Virus record (IMG/VR): IMGVR_UViG_3300011115_000716
Span: 1-64,000 of that record
Source: a virus
DNA length: 64,000 bases
Strand: one strand, 5' to 3'
Positions 36,731-45,629 of the stretch are shown piece after piece. The notes beneath the pieces were generated by a model. That model saw only the letters and a program-made list of their open reading frames with translations, was not told the DNA's origin and made no database searches. Both the position numbers and the translations under genes were made by a program. Position 1 is the stretch's first letter. Every line of letters begins with the position of its first letter.

Positions 36731-36904
36731 ATGGCTCGTAAACCTATAAAAGTAAAAGAAGAAAAAAATCGCCCTATTACTCCAGCGTTACGGGCTAAAG
36801 CAGCTAAGGTAGCTGGCCCTATAGCTAAAAAGGGGACAGTGCTACCTAAAAGCACTGCACAAAGAATTGCTAAGGCAGCTGGTCCGTCTTTTAAGAAAAA
36901 GTAA
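36731..36904 (+). CDS. 57-aa basic protein
   Basis: MARKPIKVKEEKNRPITPALRAKAAKV... Confidence 0.6.
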   Translation: MARKPIKVKEEKNRPITPALRAKAAKVAGPIAKKGTVLPKSTAQRIAKAAGPSFKKK

Positions 36905-36917
36905 TTCCAACACAAAC

Positions 36918-36948
36918 AAACCCCTTGCATTGCAGGGGGTTTTTTGTT
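36918..36948 (+). terminator. intrinsic terminator ending the basic-ORF array
   Basis: AAACCCCTTGC-ATT-GCAGGGGGTTTTTT. Confidence 0.8.
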
Positions 36949-36959
36949 ATTGTGGACCC

Positions 36960-37334
36960 ATGAAGAAACCAAAAAAGGTACTACATCGGCTATCTGAATT
37001 AGACATAGATTTAATGATGGGTTGGTGTGCTGGCTGTGAGACTTTAGTTAAAATCATTAAAGATAAGATATACAACGGTGAGCAGCTGTATCGGTGTAAA
37101 AACAGGCATAGGGAGACTACTGATGCCTCTAAAAAACCTTATAAAAAGCATAAAAAGACTATATGTGAACATCCTGACTGTACAGCCAATATCCTCTATT
37201 CCTGCCAGTTAACGGTTGACCATATTGATGGAAACCGCCATAATAACGAGTTGTCTAATTTGATGACCCTATGCCATAACTGTCATGCTCTTAAATCTTT
37301 TCGTAGCAACGACTACTTAAATAAATACGATTAG
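36960..37334 (+). CDS. HNH endonuclease
   Basis: C..C, LTVDHIDGNRHNNELSNLMTLCHNCH; likely start 36960, after the terminator. Confidence 0.85.
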   Translation: MKKPKKVLHRLSELDIDLMMGWCAGCETLVKIIKDKIYNGEQLYRCKNRHRETTDASKKPYKKHKKTICEHPDCTANILYSCQLTVDHIDGNRHNNELSNLMTLCHNCHALKSFRSNDYLNKYD

Positions 37335-37428
37335 CCTTTAATTTCCCTTAAAATTCCCTATCCTTAACTTGTAGCTGTTCGTGCGAGCAGTTGCCTACTT
37401 TTTGTAGAACCTGCGCCTTTATAAGGAT

Positions 37429-37641
37429 ATGCGAATGTCTGAAAAGAACTTCAACCCTTGGTGGAAACACGTAAACGATTATCAGCAATTTGATGAACGT
37501 GAAGAGTTTCTCCGTGGAGCGATGGGCTATAGACCTAACAATAAGCAAGATGCTATGTTAAGCCTCTTACTTGCGGGTTATACAAATCAGAAATTCGATA
37601 TTCCTAGGTCGATAGGTTCTAAAAATGATAATAGACCCTGA
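37429..37641 (+). CDS. hypothetical protein
   Basis: 70 aa, SD AAGGA. Confidence 0.6.
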   Translation: MRMSEKNFNPWWKHVNDYQQFDEREEFLRGAMGYRPNNKQDAMLSLLLAGYTNQKFDIPRSIGSKNDNRP

Positions 37642-37930
37642 AGCTTATGATAACGCTCTTCGTGACACTGCTGGAAATATGACAGCAGAGTTACGTAAAG
37701 ATGCTATAGACCACGGCTGGCACCAAGATGTTGTAAATAACATGCGTGTCGAGTACAGTGACGAAGCAGGGTTTAAAGTTAAAATCCACCCTGATTATCA
37801 CGACCGTGCGTTTAAGCATGAATACGGTCAACCAGGCACGCAGCCCACTGCCGTTATTCGCAAGTTTCGTAATAGAGACACCGAATCTGATAAAGATTTT
37901 ATTAAACACTTAGATAAGCATTCAGGATAA
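37625..37930 (+). CDS. neck or tail-completion-like protein
   Basis: HEYG.PGTQP...IR motif; position. Confidence 0.55.
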   Translation: MIIDPEAYDNALRDTAGNMTAELRKDAIDHGWHQDVVNNMRVEYSDEAGFKVKIHPDYHDRAFKHEYGQPGTQPTAVIRKFRNRDTESDKDFIKHLDKHSG

Positions 37931-37932
37931 AT

Positions 37933-38598
37933 ATGGCTTTTTTGTTGGGTGAGGATAAAGCTCTGAGGGAACGCCTTCAGGGCATAGTTGTGCACGACCA
38001 AAAAGCTGATGCTACTAGCACTCCTCGTCAAGTTAGTGTTTTCTTTGGCCAGCCTGACCAAGAAATTAGGTCTCAGGTCTACCCGTATATAACAATAGAT
38101 TTAATTGATATTAACAGAGATATGGAACGAGAAATGCGTGGTAAAACCGACGCAGACTACTTAGTTCCAGATAACGTTACTATTAGTTCTGGACAGTCTT
38201 TTGAAACAGACTTGCCAATTCCAGTTACTCTTGACTACCAGATTACTGCTTATTCACGTAATCCACAGCACGATAGAACTCTTATGGCACAGCTTCTACA
38301 TTCAAAACTTCCTTTTAGATTTGGCTACCTAGAAATAGTGGAAAAGAGTGTGACCGTAGGTCAGACTACTACAAACACTAATACTATGCGTCGCCTAGAT
38401 GTTCTGGATGTCTCCAAACGCGATATGACTGAATCGGGTAAGAGACTATTCATGAATGCTGTAACTGTTCGTGTCTCGAGTGAAATACCTCAAGATACTT
38501 ACAGAAAACTAATCGGTGTACAACAGGCAGTTATACGCGTTACAACAAAGCCTGACGTTTCAACTCAAATTACTGAGACTTTTACAAAAACTGTATAA
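37933..38598 (+). CDS. tail terminator or sheath stabiliser-like protein
   Basis: YPYITIDL; P.PVTLDYQI..YSR; immediately before the sheath gene. Confidence 0.65.
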   Translation: MAFLLGEDKALRERLQGIVVHDQKADATSTPRQVSVFFGQPDQEIRSQVYPYITIDLIDINRDMEREMRGKTDADYLVPDNVTISSGQSFETDLPIPVTLDYQITAYSRNPQHDRTLMAQLLHSKLPFRFGYLEIVEKSVTVGQTTTNTNTMRRLDVLDVSKRDMTESGKRLFMNAVTVRVSSEIPQDTYRKLIGVQQAVIRVTTKPDVSTQITETFTKTV

Positions 38599-38638
38599 TC
38601 TGGAAACCTCCGAAAAACTAACTAACCAAGGAGTCTAA

Positions 38639-40219
38639 ATGACTGTGTATAACCACCCTGGAGTTTATATCAATGAACTTCCATTAACGGTAACCACCAA
38701 CGCATTTGGCTATTCAGCTAATGCCTCCGGTGCTATCGTGGCTCAATTTGCAAAGGGCCCAACAACAATTACCCGAGTTACTTCTTACTCTCAATTTGAA
38801 GATAAATTTGGTAGCATAAATGGTAGCTATCCTGCTACCTACAGCGTAAAGATGTTCTTCAACAATGGTGGAACAGACCTTTACGTTCGTCGTGTAGTCG
38901 CTTCAGATGCTCCACAAGCAACTGTTGCCTTGTACGATACCGCTGGAACTCCTGTAAAGATTGCTGATATTCAGGCAAAGTACAAAGGTAATGACGGCGT
39001 GTCTCTACGTATTAAGGTAGATAACAAAACTACTATTAATGGAAAAGACTACTACGACTTCCATGTATACTTTGACGATGGTGACAGTGACTACATAAGC
39101 AGTAGTTTTACTCAGTCTAGAGCATCTCTAAACACTGAAATTGAGCGCTTTAACTCAGTTAGCTTTGACCAGCCTGATTCAAGTAGCTACATTAAGACTG
39201 TTCTTGCTTTGTCCTCAACTAAGGTTCAAGTTAATGGAGCTGTAACTACTCCTACTGCTACAATAAACTCTACCTACTTGCCATTGACAGGTACACTAAG
39301 CACTGCTGCTCTTGTTAAGGCTGACTATACTGGTGACACTGGAAGCTTAGCAACAGTTGCTTCTTACACTGTTCTAAACGAGTACAATGTTGTTGACTGT
39401 CCACTTGTATTTTTCCTTCCAGATGTGCCTAAGTTTCTCAGTTCTTCGGATGCTCAAAGTGTATTTAACGCCACTATTTCATGGGCTGAAGTAAACACAA
39501 GCCGTTTTGTAGTGCTAGATACTCCGGCAGAATTGAGTGTTGCAGGTGCTGGAACTTTTGCTAGTTCTTTGAGCGTATCAAGTCGTGCGGCAGTTTACTA
39601 CCCACATGTGTACATCAAAGATACTTCAATTAGCGGTAGCCCACTTCGTAAGATTGGTCCAGCTGGTGCTGTTGCAGGTTTATATCTGTTTACTGACCGA
39701 AAGTCTGGTCCTTACAAGACTCCTGCCGGTATTGGAGCTAAGATTCAAGATGCACTTGCTATTGAAAAGCTACTTACCAATGATGACCTAGACACTCTAA
39801 ACAACACTACCTATCCATTGAACGCTATTCGTAACGTTCCTGGTGCTGGAATTGTTGTAATGGGTGGACGTACTCTAAAGCAGGATGGAACCGCTAACCG
39901 CTACATTGCAATGCGTCGTTCTCTAACCTACATCGAAAAGAGTTTGTCAGACCTTACTCAGTTTGCTGTATTTGAAAGCAACAGTGAGATTCTATGGTCT
40001 CGCATTACAACTGCTCTAGCTGCGTTCTTAAACACATATCGCAATCAGGGCGGTCTTCGTGGCGCAACACCAGAAGATGCTTTCTTTGTAAAGTGTGACT
40101 CAACTAACAACTCAACTCAATCAATTGCTAACGGAATTGTTAACATTGATGTTGGTGTTGCTCTTGAGTACCCAGGTGAGTTTGTAATCATCAACCTAAG
40201 CCAAATCGTCGGCCAGTAA
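38639..40219 (+). CDS. Tail sheath protein
   Basis: PGVYINE, AAVYYP, PAG, GGRTL, RYI.MRR, FAVFE.N, AFFVKCD, P.EFV. Confidence 0.95.
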   Translation: MTVYNHPGVYINELPLTVTTNAFGYSANASGAIVAQFAKGPTTITRVTSYSQFEDKFGSINGSYPATYSVKMFFNNGGTDLYVRRVVASDAPQATVALYDTAGTPVKIADIQAKYKGNDGVSLRIKVDNKTTINGKDYYDFHVYFDDGDSDYISSSFTQSRASLNTEIERFNSVSFDQPDSSSYIKTVLALSSTKVQVNGAVTTPTATINSTYLPLTGTLSTAALVKADYTGDTGSLATVASYTVLNEYNVVDCPLVFFLPDVPKFLSSSDAQSVFNATISWAEVNTSRFVVLDTPAELSVAGAGTFASSLSVSSRAAVYYPHVYIKDTSISGSPLRKIGPAGAVAGLYLFTDRKSGPYKTPAGIGAKIQDALAIEKLLTNDDLDTLNNTTYPLNAIRNVPGAGIVVMGGRTLKQDGTANRYIAMRRSLTYIEKSLSDLTQFAVFESNSEILWSRITTALAAFLNTYRNQGGLRGATPEDAFFVKCDSTNNSTQSIANGIVNIDVGVALEYPGEFVIINLSQIVGQ

Positions 40220-40238
40220 TCTAAGGAGAAAATAAACC

Positions 40239-40868
40239 ATGGCTACAGTAATCAATAACCGTTCCACACTTGAGACAGACCCAATCAGAAACTTTAGGTT
40301 TCTGGTTACCTTCAAGCCGCTAAACTCTGGTGACGCTACCTGGCTTCCAGGTGGAGCAAACAAAGTCACCGTTGGATTCACCTCGGTTTCGGGATTGGCA
40401 GTAACTACTGACTCAATTCCTTACCGTGAAGGCGGGTACAACACCACTGTCCACCAGATTCCTGGTCAGACAACTTTTGCACCTATCTCACTACAGCGTG
40501 GTGTCGTTCTCGGCACTAAGCAGCACTGGGACTGGATGCGTCAGTTGTTTGCAACAGTACAGGGGGGAACCAACCGTTCAAACCAAGCAACTAACTTCCG
40601 TTGTGATGTTGAGATTGCAGTGCTATCACACCCAATTGCAGGTTCAGGTGGAGCTAACACCGAACTAACAGGGGTTAACTACACTGACCACGTCTCAATG
40701 CGTTTTCAGGTTTACAATGCATGGCCAACCAACGTTGCATACTCTGACCTAAACGCGGGTGACAACGCTATCTTTGTAGAGCAGATGACTCTAGTTCACG
40801 AAGGTTTCGATGTTAACTGGGCAACAGACCTAACAGCTAATGGTTCAGCAAAGCAATTTGCTAACTAA
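40239..40868 (+). CDS. Tail tube protein (T4 gp19-like)
   Basis: DPIRNFRF, GF..VSGL, YREGG, I.LQRGV, NAWP, LVHEG. Confidence 0.93.
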   Translation: MATVINNRSTLETDPIRNFRFLVTFKPLNSGDATWLPGGANKVTVGFTSVSGLAVTTDSIPYREGGYNTTVHQIPGQTTFAPISLQRGVVLGTKQHWDWMRQLFATVQGGTNRSNQATNFRCDVEIAVLSHPIAGSGGANTELTGVNYTDHVSMRFQVYNAWPTNVAYSDLNAGDNAIFVEQMTLVHEGFDVNWATDLTANGSAKQFAN

Positions 40869-40895
40869 TTAAAAACTAAAACAGGAGAATAAATC

Positions 40896-41708
40896 GTGAA
40901 CGAAAAAGTAACAGCCAACAACCCGGATTTGCTAAATCAACTCGCAAACCAGGCAATGTCGGAAGGTAAACAACAAGAAGTAGCCTTTTCGGAGATTACC
41001 TACCCTTCAGAGACTTTGGTGCTCCTTCCTGGCGGCTATATAAATGCCGCTAGGGAGGTCACCAAGACTGCTGAAGTTAGAGAACTAACTGGTAAAGATG
41101 AAGAATATATGGGTAAAGCACCTACTCTAGCTAAAGCTTTTAATGGGCTTTTGGAAAGAGCTGTGGTATCTATTGGTGATGAGCCAATAACTGCAGATAT
41201 AGTAGACCAACTACTTGTTGGTGACCGCGATGCTTTGCTTTTAGGAATATACAAAGTAACTTTTGGAACAACTGCAGAACTTCAGGGTTTTTGCAATGGC
41301 TGTTCTGAATATAAAGATGTAGAAATTGATGTGGATGAAGATATTAAAATATCTACTTTAAAAAATCCAATTGATGACCGCATCTTTACTGTCCAGGGTA
41401 AAAAGCACAAATATCTTGTTACCCTACCCACTGGTACAACTCAGAAAACTCTGTTAAATAATTCAGATAAAACAATCCCAGAACTAACCACCCTGCTTCT
41501 AGAGCAGACAGTCTTAGAAATTGATGACAACCCAGTCATTAGTAAACTTCAAGCTCAAAATATTGGTTTGGCTGACCGCCGCAAGATTGGTGAGGAACTT
41601 GCAAAGCGTGCTCCTGGACCAAAGTTTAGCAATATTGAAGTAGACTGCCCTGATTGTGAAGGAAAGGTAGTGGTCCCAATCAGTATTGGGGCTTTATTTC
41701 GCTTCTAA
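40896..41708 (+). CDS. tail assembly chaperone or baseplate hub assembly protein (gp26-like)
   Basis: RELTGKDEE, L.VGDRDALL, two CxxC; between tube and tape measure. Confidence 0.75.
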   Translation: MNEKVTANNPDLLNQLANQAMSEGKQQEVAFSEITYPSETLVLLPGGYINAAREVTKTAEVRELTGKDEEYMGKAPTLAKAFNGLLERAVVSIGDEPITADIVDQLLVGDRDALLLGIYKVTFGTTAELQGFCNGCSEYKDVEIDVDEDIKISTLKNPIDDRIFTVQGKKHKYLVTLPTGTTQKTLLNNSDKTIPELTTLLLEQTVLEIDDNPVISKLQAQNIGLADRRKIGEELAKRAPGPKFSNIEVDCPDCEGKVVVPISIGALFRF

Positions 41709-41865
41709 AGTTGCTAATTACAGGACGCTATTAGAGGAATGGGCCTTGATTTCAATTTCATTTACTGGATGGACTTTAAATGAAATTAAAGAGATAAGCC
41801 CAAGAGAAAGAACTAACTGGTTAGAGATGGCTAACTTTTTTGGAAAAGTAAACAGAAAGCTATAG
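41701..41865 (+). CDS. start-less +1-frame ORF, probable frameshift extension of the chaperone
   Basis: ASKVANYRTLLEEW...GWTLNEIKEISPRERTNWL...; fills the gap exactly to the tape-measure ATG. Confidence 0.6.
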   Translation, partial: ASKVANYRTLLEEWALISISFTGWTLNEIKEISPRERTNWLEMANFFGKVNRKL

Positions 41866-41866
41866 T

Positions 41867-44116
41867 ATGAGTGATAAAGACCTTACTGGTAAAGATTTAG
41901 CAAAAAATCTCAGCTCCTCCAAGAAGGATGCTGCTGCAGTTGCTAAATCTGCTAAGGAGATTGAAAGCAGCCTATCTAGGGCAGCTAGGGCTATCTCTGG
42001 AGCATTTGGTAAGGGCGGCTTTATGGCCGGTGGTGGTACCGGTATTGGTATTGGTGGTGGTGGTGGTATCGGCGGGGGTATGCCAAAACAAGCTGATATG
42101 AACAGCAATAGCCTTCAGCGGCCTGGAATTGGTTTAACTGACTTTACTAACTTTGCTGGTGGTATGGCAAAGGGTCTTGGTAATTTCTTACCAGACGTTT
42201 CTTCTACAATTCAACGTGCTGGAAATTATTATAATGCCACAATTATGGGTGGCTATAGAGGCTCTCAAAAAATCTCACGGGGTGAAGTCGACGATAGAAC
42301 TTATGGTGTATTAGCATCTATGGGGGGAATTACAAGCGCTGGTTCAAGTTCAAATGTGGCTAACATCTTTGCTAATCAAGGCATGGTTGCAACTAGTGGC
42401 ACTTATATGCAAAATGTTCGTGGAGTAGGTAACGCGGCTAGATATTTAAACATGTCTAATGAAAAAGCAGCTAATGCTATTGGTGGACTTGGTATGGGTG
42501 CAAGTTCTGCTAATATGATGAGAAACTTTGGTGTGTATACCACTGACCCAACTACGGGTAAAGAACGTAGCATGAGTGAAATTTTTGAAGACCTTGCTGG
42601 AAGATTTACAAAACCTGGAGCCAATGCATCTTCTGAGGATGTTCAGAATTCCATCCGTAAAGGTGCTCTTGGAGCTGCTATCTCTGCATCTGGACTGAGT
42701 GATGACCAACAAAGCTTATTTAAGCAGTACATGATTGACCGTGCTGGTGGGAATAAGATGGATTTAAGTAGTCAATCCGCTATGAATAATTTAATGGGTA
42801 AAGCTGGAAAAATGGGAAATAGTAACCCATTAAATGCAATGATGGACCTTGAAACATCTGGAGAAGGTGCTCAAAAAAGTGCTACTGGTGCTTATACTCA
42901 AGGTATTGAAACTGCGGCTATAGCTTTAAAAGGTTTGGATGCAGTTGCTGGGGCGTTAGCCTCAAAGGTTGGTGCTTTTACTGCCGGACTACAACTTACT
43001 CTTGGCTCAAAAACTGGTAGCGGTCTTTTAGATATGGTTGGTGCTAGCCTTAACTTAATTAGCAGTGGTATGGAAGCTGCTGAATCTGCTGACCCAACAG
43101 GTTTATCAAGAGTTTTTGCTGGCAACGCTGCGATTTCCACTGGAACAGCTGGGTTACTTGTACCGGCTTCTTTGGCAATAACTGGTGCTGGAGCTGGTGC
43201 TCTTGGTGTTACTGGCGCAAGTGATGCTAAGGGTGGTGGTGACGATGAAAAACCAAATCCTCTTGCAAATCTAAGTGATGCTGGGTTTACTATTGGTGGA
43301 ACTGAAAAGACCGTTGTTGGCCAGCCTATCGAAGGTGCGCTTAAAGTTAGTGGTTACAAATTTGGTGACCCAGTAACTGTTGGAGAACAAAAAGGTAAGC
43401 CACATTCAGGTATTGATTACGCAGCAACTACTGATACAAGAGTATACGCTGTTGCAGACGGAACTCTAAGAAACGTGGTTAGAGGTATAGAGACAACCGA
43501 TACATGGGGCAAGACTGGAAATGGTAATTATGTGTGTATTGACCATGGAATGGGTAAGAATAAGCTGAATTTATTTAGTTATTATAAGCATTTAAGTAAA
43601 GTTAACCCAGCACTTAAACAAGGTAAACCTATTAAAAAAGGAACTTGGTTAGGTAATGCTGGTGAGACTGGAGATGCCGACGGTGTTCATTTGCACTACC
43701 AAGTAGTAGAGGGCAATATAAATGTCGACCCTAAACTTTTGTCAGCCAAATTAGGTAATAAGGCTGGAACCAAAGTTAAAATGGAAATGTCTGATAACAC
43801 CACGTCTATGTTTAATGCCGCTATGGGAATGCTTCAAAACGGAGATATAAACACCCTAGCTTCTGCAGTTCTTGGTTCAAGTAGTTCTACTACTGGTTTT
43901 TCTCTTAACTCCACTTCTCCCGCAAATGCATATGCTAATGCTGGTGATACAGGTACTGGAGGTACTAGTGGTTCTGGAGGCAATGTAACTAACAACGTTG
44001 GCGGAATTACTGTAAACATTAAAGATGCTAGTCCTGAGTCCGCTAAAAAGTTTGCGGAAATTGTTCAAGAATATTTAAATAGTCAAACTTTGACTTCTAA
44101 TCTTGGGAGCCTATAA
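41867..44116 (+). CDS. Tape measure protein with M23 peptidase domain
   Basis: A/G-rich helical body; HSGIDY, YKHL, GVHLHY. Confidence 0.85.
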   Translation: MSDKDLTGKDLAKNLSSSKKDAAAVAKSAKEIESSLSRAARAISGAFGKGGFMAGGGTGIGIGGGGGIGGGMPKQADMNSNSLQRPGIGLTDFTNFAGGMAKGLGNFLPDVSSTIQRAGNYYNATIMGGYRGSQKISRGEVDDRTYGVLASMGGITSAGSSSNVANIFANQGMVATSGTYMQNVRGVGNAARYLNMSNEKAANAIGGLGMGASSANMMRNFGVYTTDPTTGKERSMSEIFEDLAGRFTKPGANASSEDVQNSIRKGALGAAISASGLSDDQQSLFKQYMIDRAGGNKMDLSSQSAMNNLMGKAGKMGNSNPLNAMMDLETSGEGAQKSATGAYTQGIETAAIALKGLDAVAGALASKVGAFTAGLQLTLGSKTGSGLLDMVGASLNLISSGMEAAESADPTGLSRVFAGNAAISTGTAGLLVPASLAITGAGAGALGVTGASDAKGGGDDEKPNPLANLSDAGFTIGGTEKTVVGQPIEGALKVSGYKFGDPVTVGEQKGKPHSGIDYAATTDTRVYAVADGTLRNVVRGIETTDTWGKTGNGNYVCIDHGMGKNKLNLFSYYKHLSKVNPALKQGKPIKKGTWLGNAGETGDADGVHLHYQVVEGNINVDPKLLSAKLGNKAGTKVKMEMSDNTTSMFNAAMGMLQNGDINTLASAVLGSSSSTTGFSLNSTSPANAYANAGDTGTGGTSGSGGNVTNNVGGITVNIKDASPESAKKFAEIVQEYLNSQTLTSNLGSL

Positions 44117-45345
44117 TGTCAGTTCAACAAATTTCAGCTATTAGAAATAACTTAGTTACATCAGATTTAAAAAATAGAATTGCACAATTGCAGTCTGATG
44201 TAACTGTGCTTGATGATGATATTTCTAACAGGACCATTGCGCTAAATGGTGCTAATCCTGCAAATGATTCAATAATTATCTCAAAAAATGCAGAAAAAGT
44301 TACTAAATTACAGCAAATTGCGGAACTGCAGGCTCAATTAAGTGCAAACGAACTTAATAACTCTCAATCATCTATTATTGCTACAAAATCTGCGGCCAAG
44401 TCTGGTAATGCATATACTTCTGGTTCTTTTAGTAATACTCCTGGGTATGGTGTGGGCCATATTACAAAACCTAGTAATGATATGGAGTATAACGTCCCAA
44501 GTGTAGTGGACGCATATTACAGCACTAGGGCAAGTTTTTTAACTGCGGCTGAGTTTTCTTCAAATAGACCTGGAACAGTTGCATCGGCTAATGAGCTATG
44601 GACTGGCTCTAAATCTAGTAAGGGAATGATTGTTAGTTATACTCCGCCATCAAATAACGTAGAGTATCAAGGTGGGCAAGCCCCACCTAGCTCTATAAGC
44701 ACTTCAGGAGTTAACTACGGATTCCAGTTTATGTATAACCCAGCTACTATTTCTATGGATTATTCTGGTATGCCTAACGTTGACCAAGGCTTTGAGCTTA
44801 GTGGGAAAGATAAGTTTGTTTTATATGGAACCAATATAACTCAAAGCACTATTAGTTTTCAACTTCTTATCAATCGTATGTTTGATATGAAATACTATGA
44901 TGAATATGGTCGTTTAAAAGCTGGTGCTCAAAAAGCGTATGCAGGTAAGGTACCCTCAGCAACAGCTCAAAATCAAATTTATACCATGGGAACTATGTAT
45001 GACGTAGAATACCTGCTTAGAACATTGCTTGGATACACTCTTAAGAGCTATCTAAGAAACAACCAAACTGCTGACATGGGGTATTTAGGTGCTCGTCCTG
45101 TTGAGCTACACTTAGGCAAGTCTCTTAGATACCTTGGAACTGTTACAAGTCTTACAATTAACCATGTAATTTTTAACGAGCAAATGGTTCCTCTGTTTAC
45201 TAATGTATCAGTAGGATTTGCTCGTTTACCAGATTATCCTTTGTCCAACACAAACCAATCGGTAGTTCCCCCACTTCTTCAGGATATCAGTACCCGTGGG
45301 GAATTTTCAGGGAGTACCTATGATGGTGGAAGCCCCGGAAGGTAG
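44116..45345 (+). CDS. tail tube initiator or baseplate protein
   Basis: GFQFMYNP.TI; position after the tape measure. Confidence 0.6.
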   Translation: MSVQQISAIRNNLVTSDLKNRIAQLQSDVTVLDDDISNRTIALNGANPANDSIIISKNAEKVTKLQQIAELQAQLSANELNNSQSSIIATKSAAKSGNAYTSGSFSNTPGYGVGHITKPSNDMEYNVPSVVDAYYSTRASFLTAAEFSSNRPGTVASANELWTGSKSSKGMIVSYTPPSNNVEYQGGQAPPSSISTSGVNYGFQFMYNPATISMDYSGMPNVDQGFELSGKDKFVLYGTNITQSTISFQLLINRMFDMKYYDEYGRLKAGAQKAYAGKVPSATAQNQIYTMGTMYDVEYLLRTLLGYTLKSYLRNNQTADMGYLGARPVELHLGKSLRYLGTVTSLTINHVIFNEQMVPLFTNVSVGFARLPDYPLSNTNQSVVPPLLQDISTRGEFSGSTYDGGSPGR

Positions 45346-45353
45346 TAAAATAT

Positions 45354-45629
45354 ATGATTTATTCAGATAGTAGATACGCGACTGGAACCATACTTAAAGC
45401 ACAAGATGCTAGAAGTGGGGAGTATGTTGTTGCCGTTTACCGCAACTGGCCGGCAATTAAAACTTCTTTTTATTACTATACCTGGGTTGAAGGTGACCGA
45501 ATTGATTATGTAGCTCAGGTTCTTTTAGGTAGCTCGTCTTTTTGGTGGAAGATTATGGATTTAAACCCCGAGTATTTAGACCCTTTTACTATACCTATTG
45601 GAGCAACAATAAGGATTCCAAGTGTCTGA
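45354..45629 (+). CDS. LysM-like baseplate protein (gpX/gp53-like)
   Basis: GDRID.VA...LG....WWKIMDLNP..DPF.IP.G..IRIP. Confidence 0.8.
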   Translation: MIYSDSRYATGTILKAQDARSGEYVVAVYRNWPAIKTSFYYYTWVEGDRIDYVAQVLLGSSSFWWKIMDLNPEYLDPFTIPIGATIRIPSV

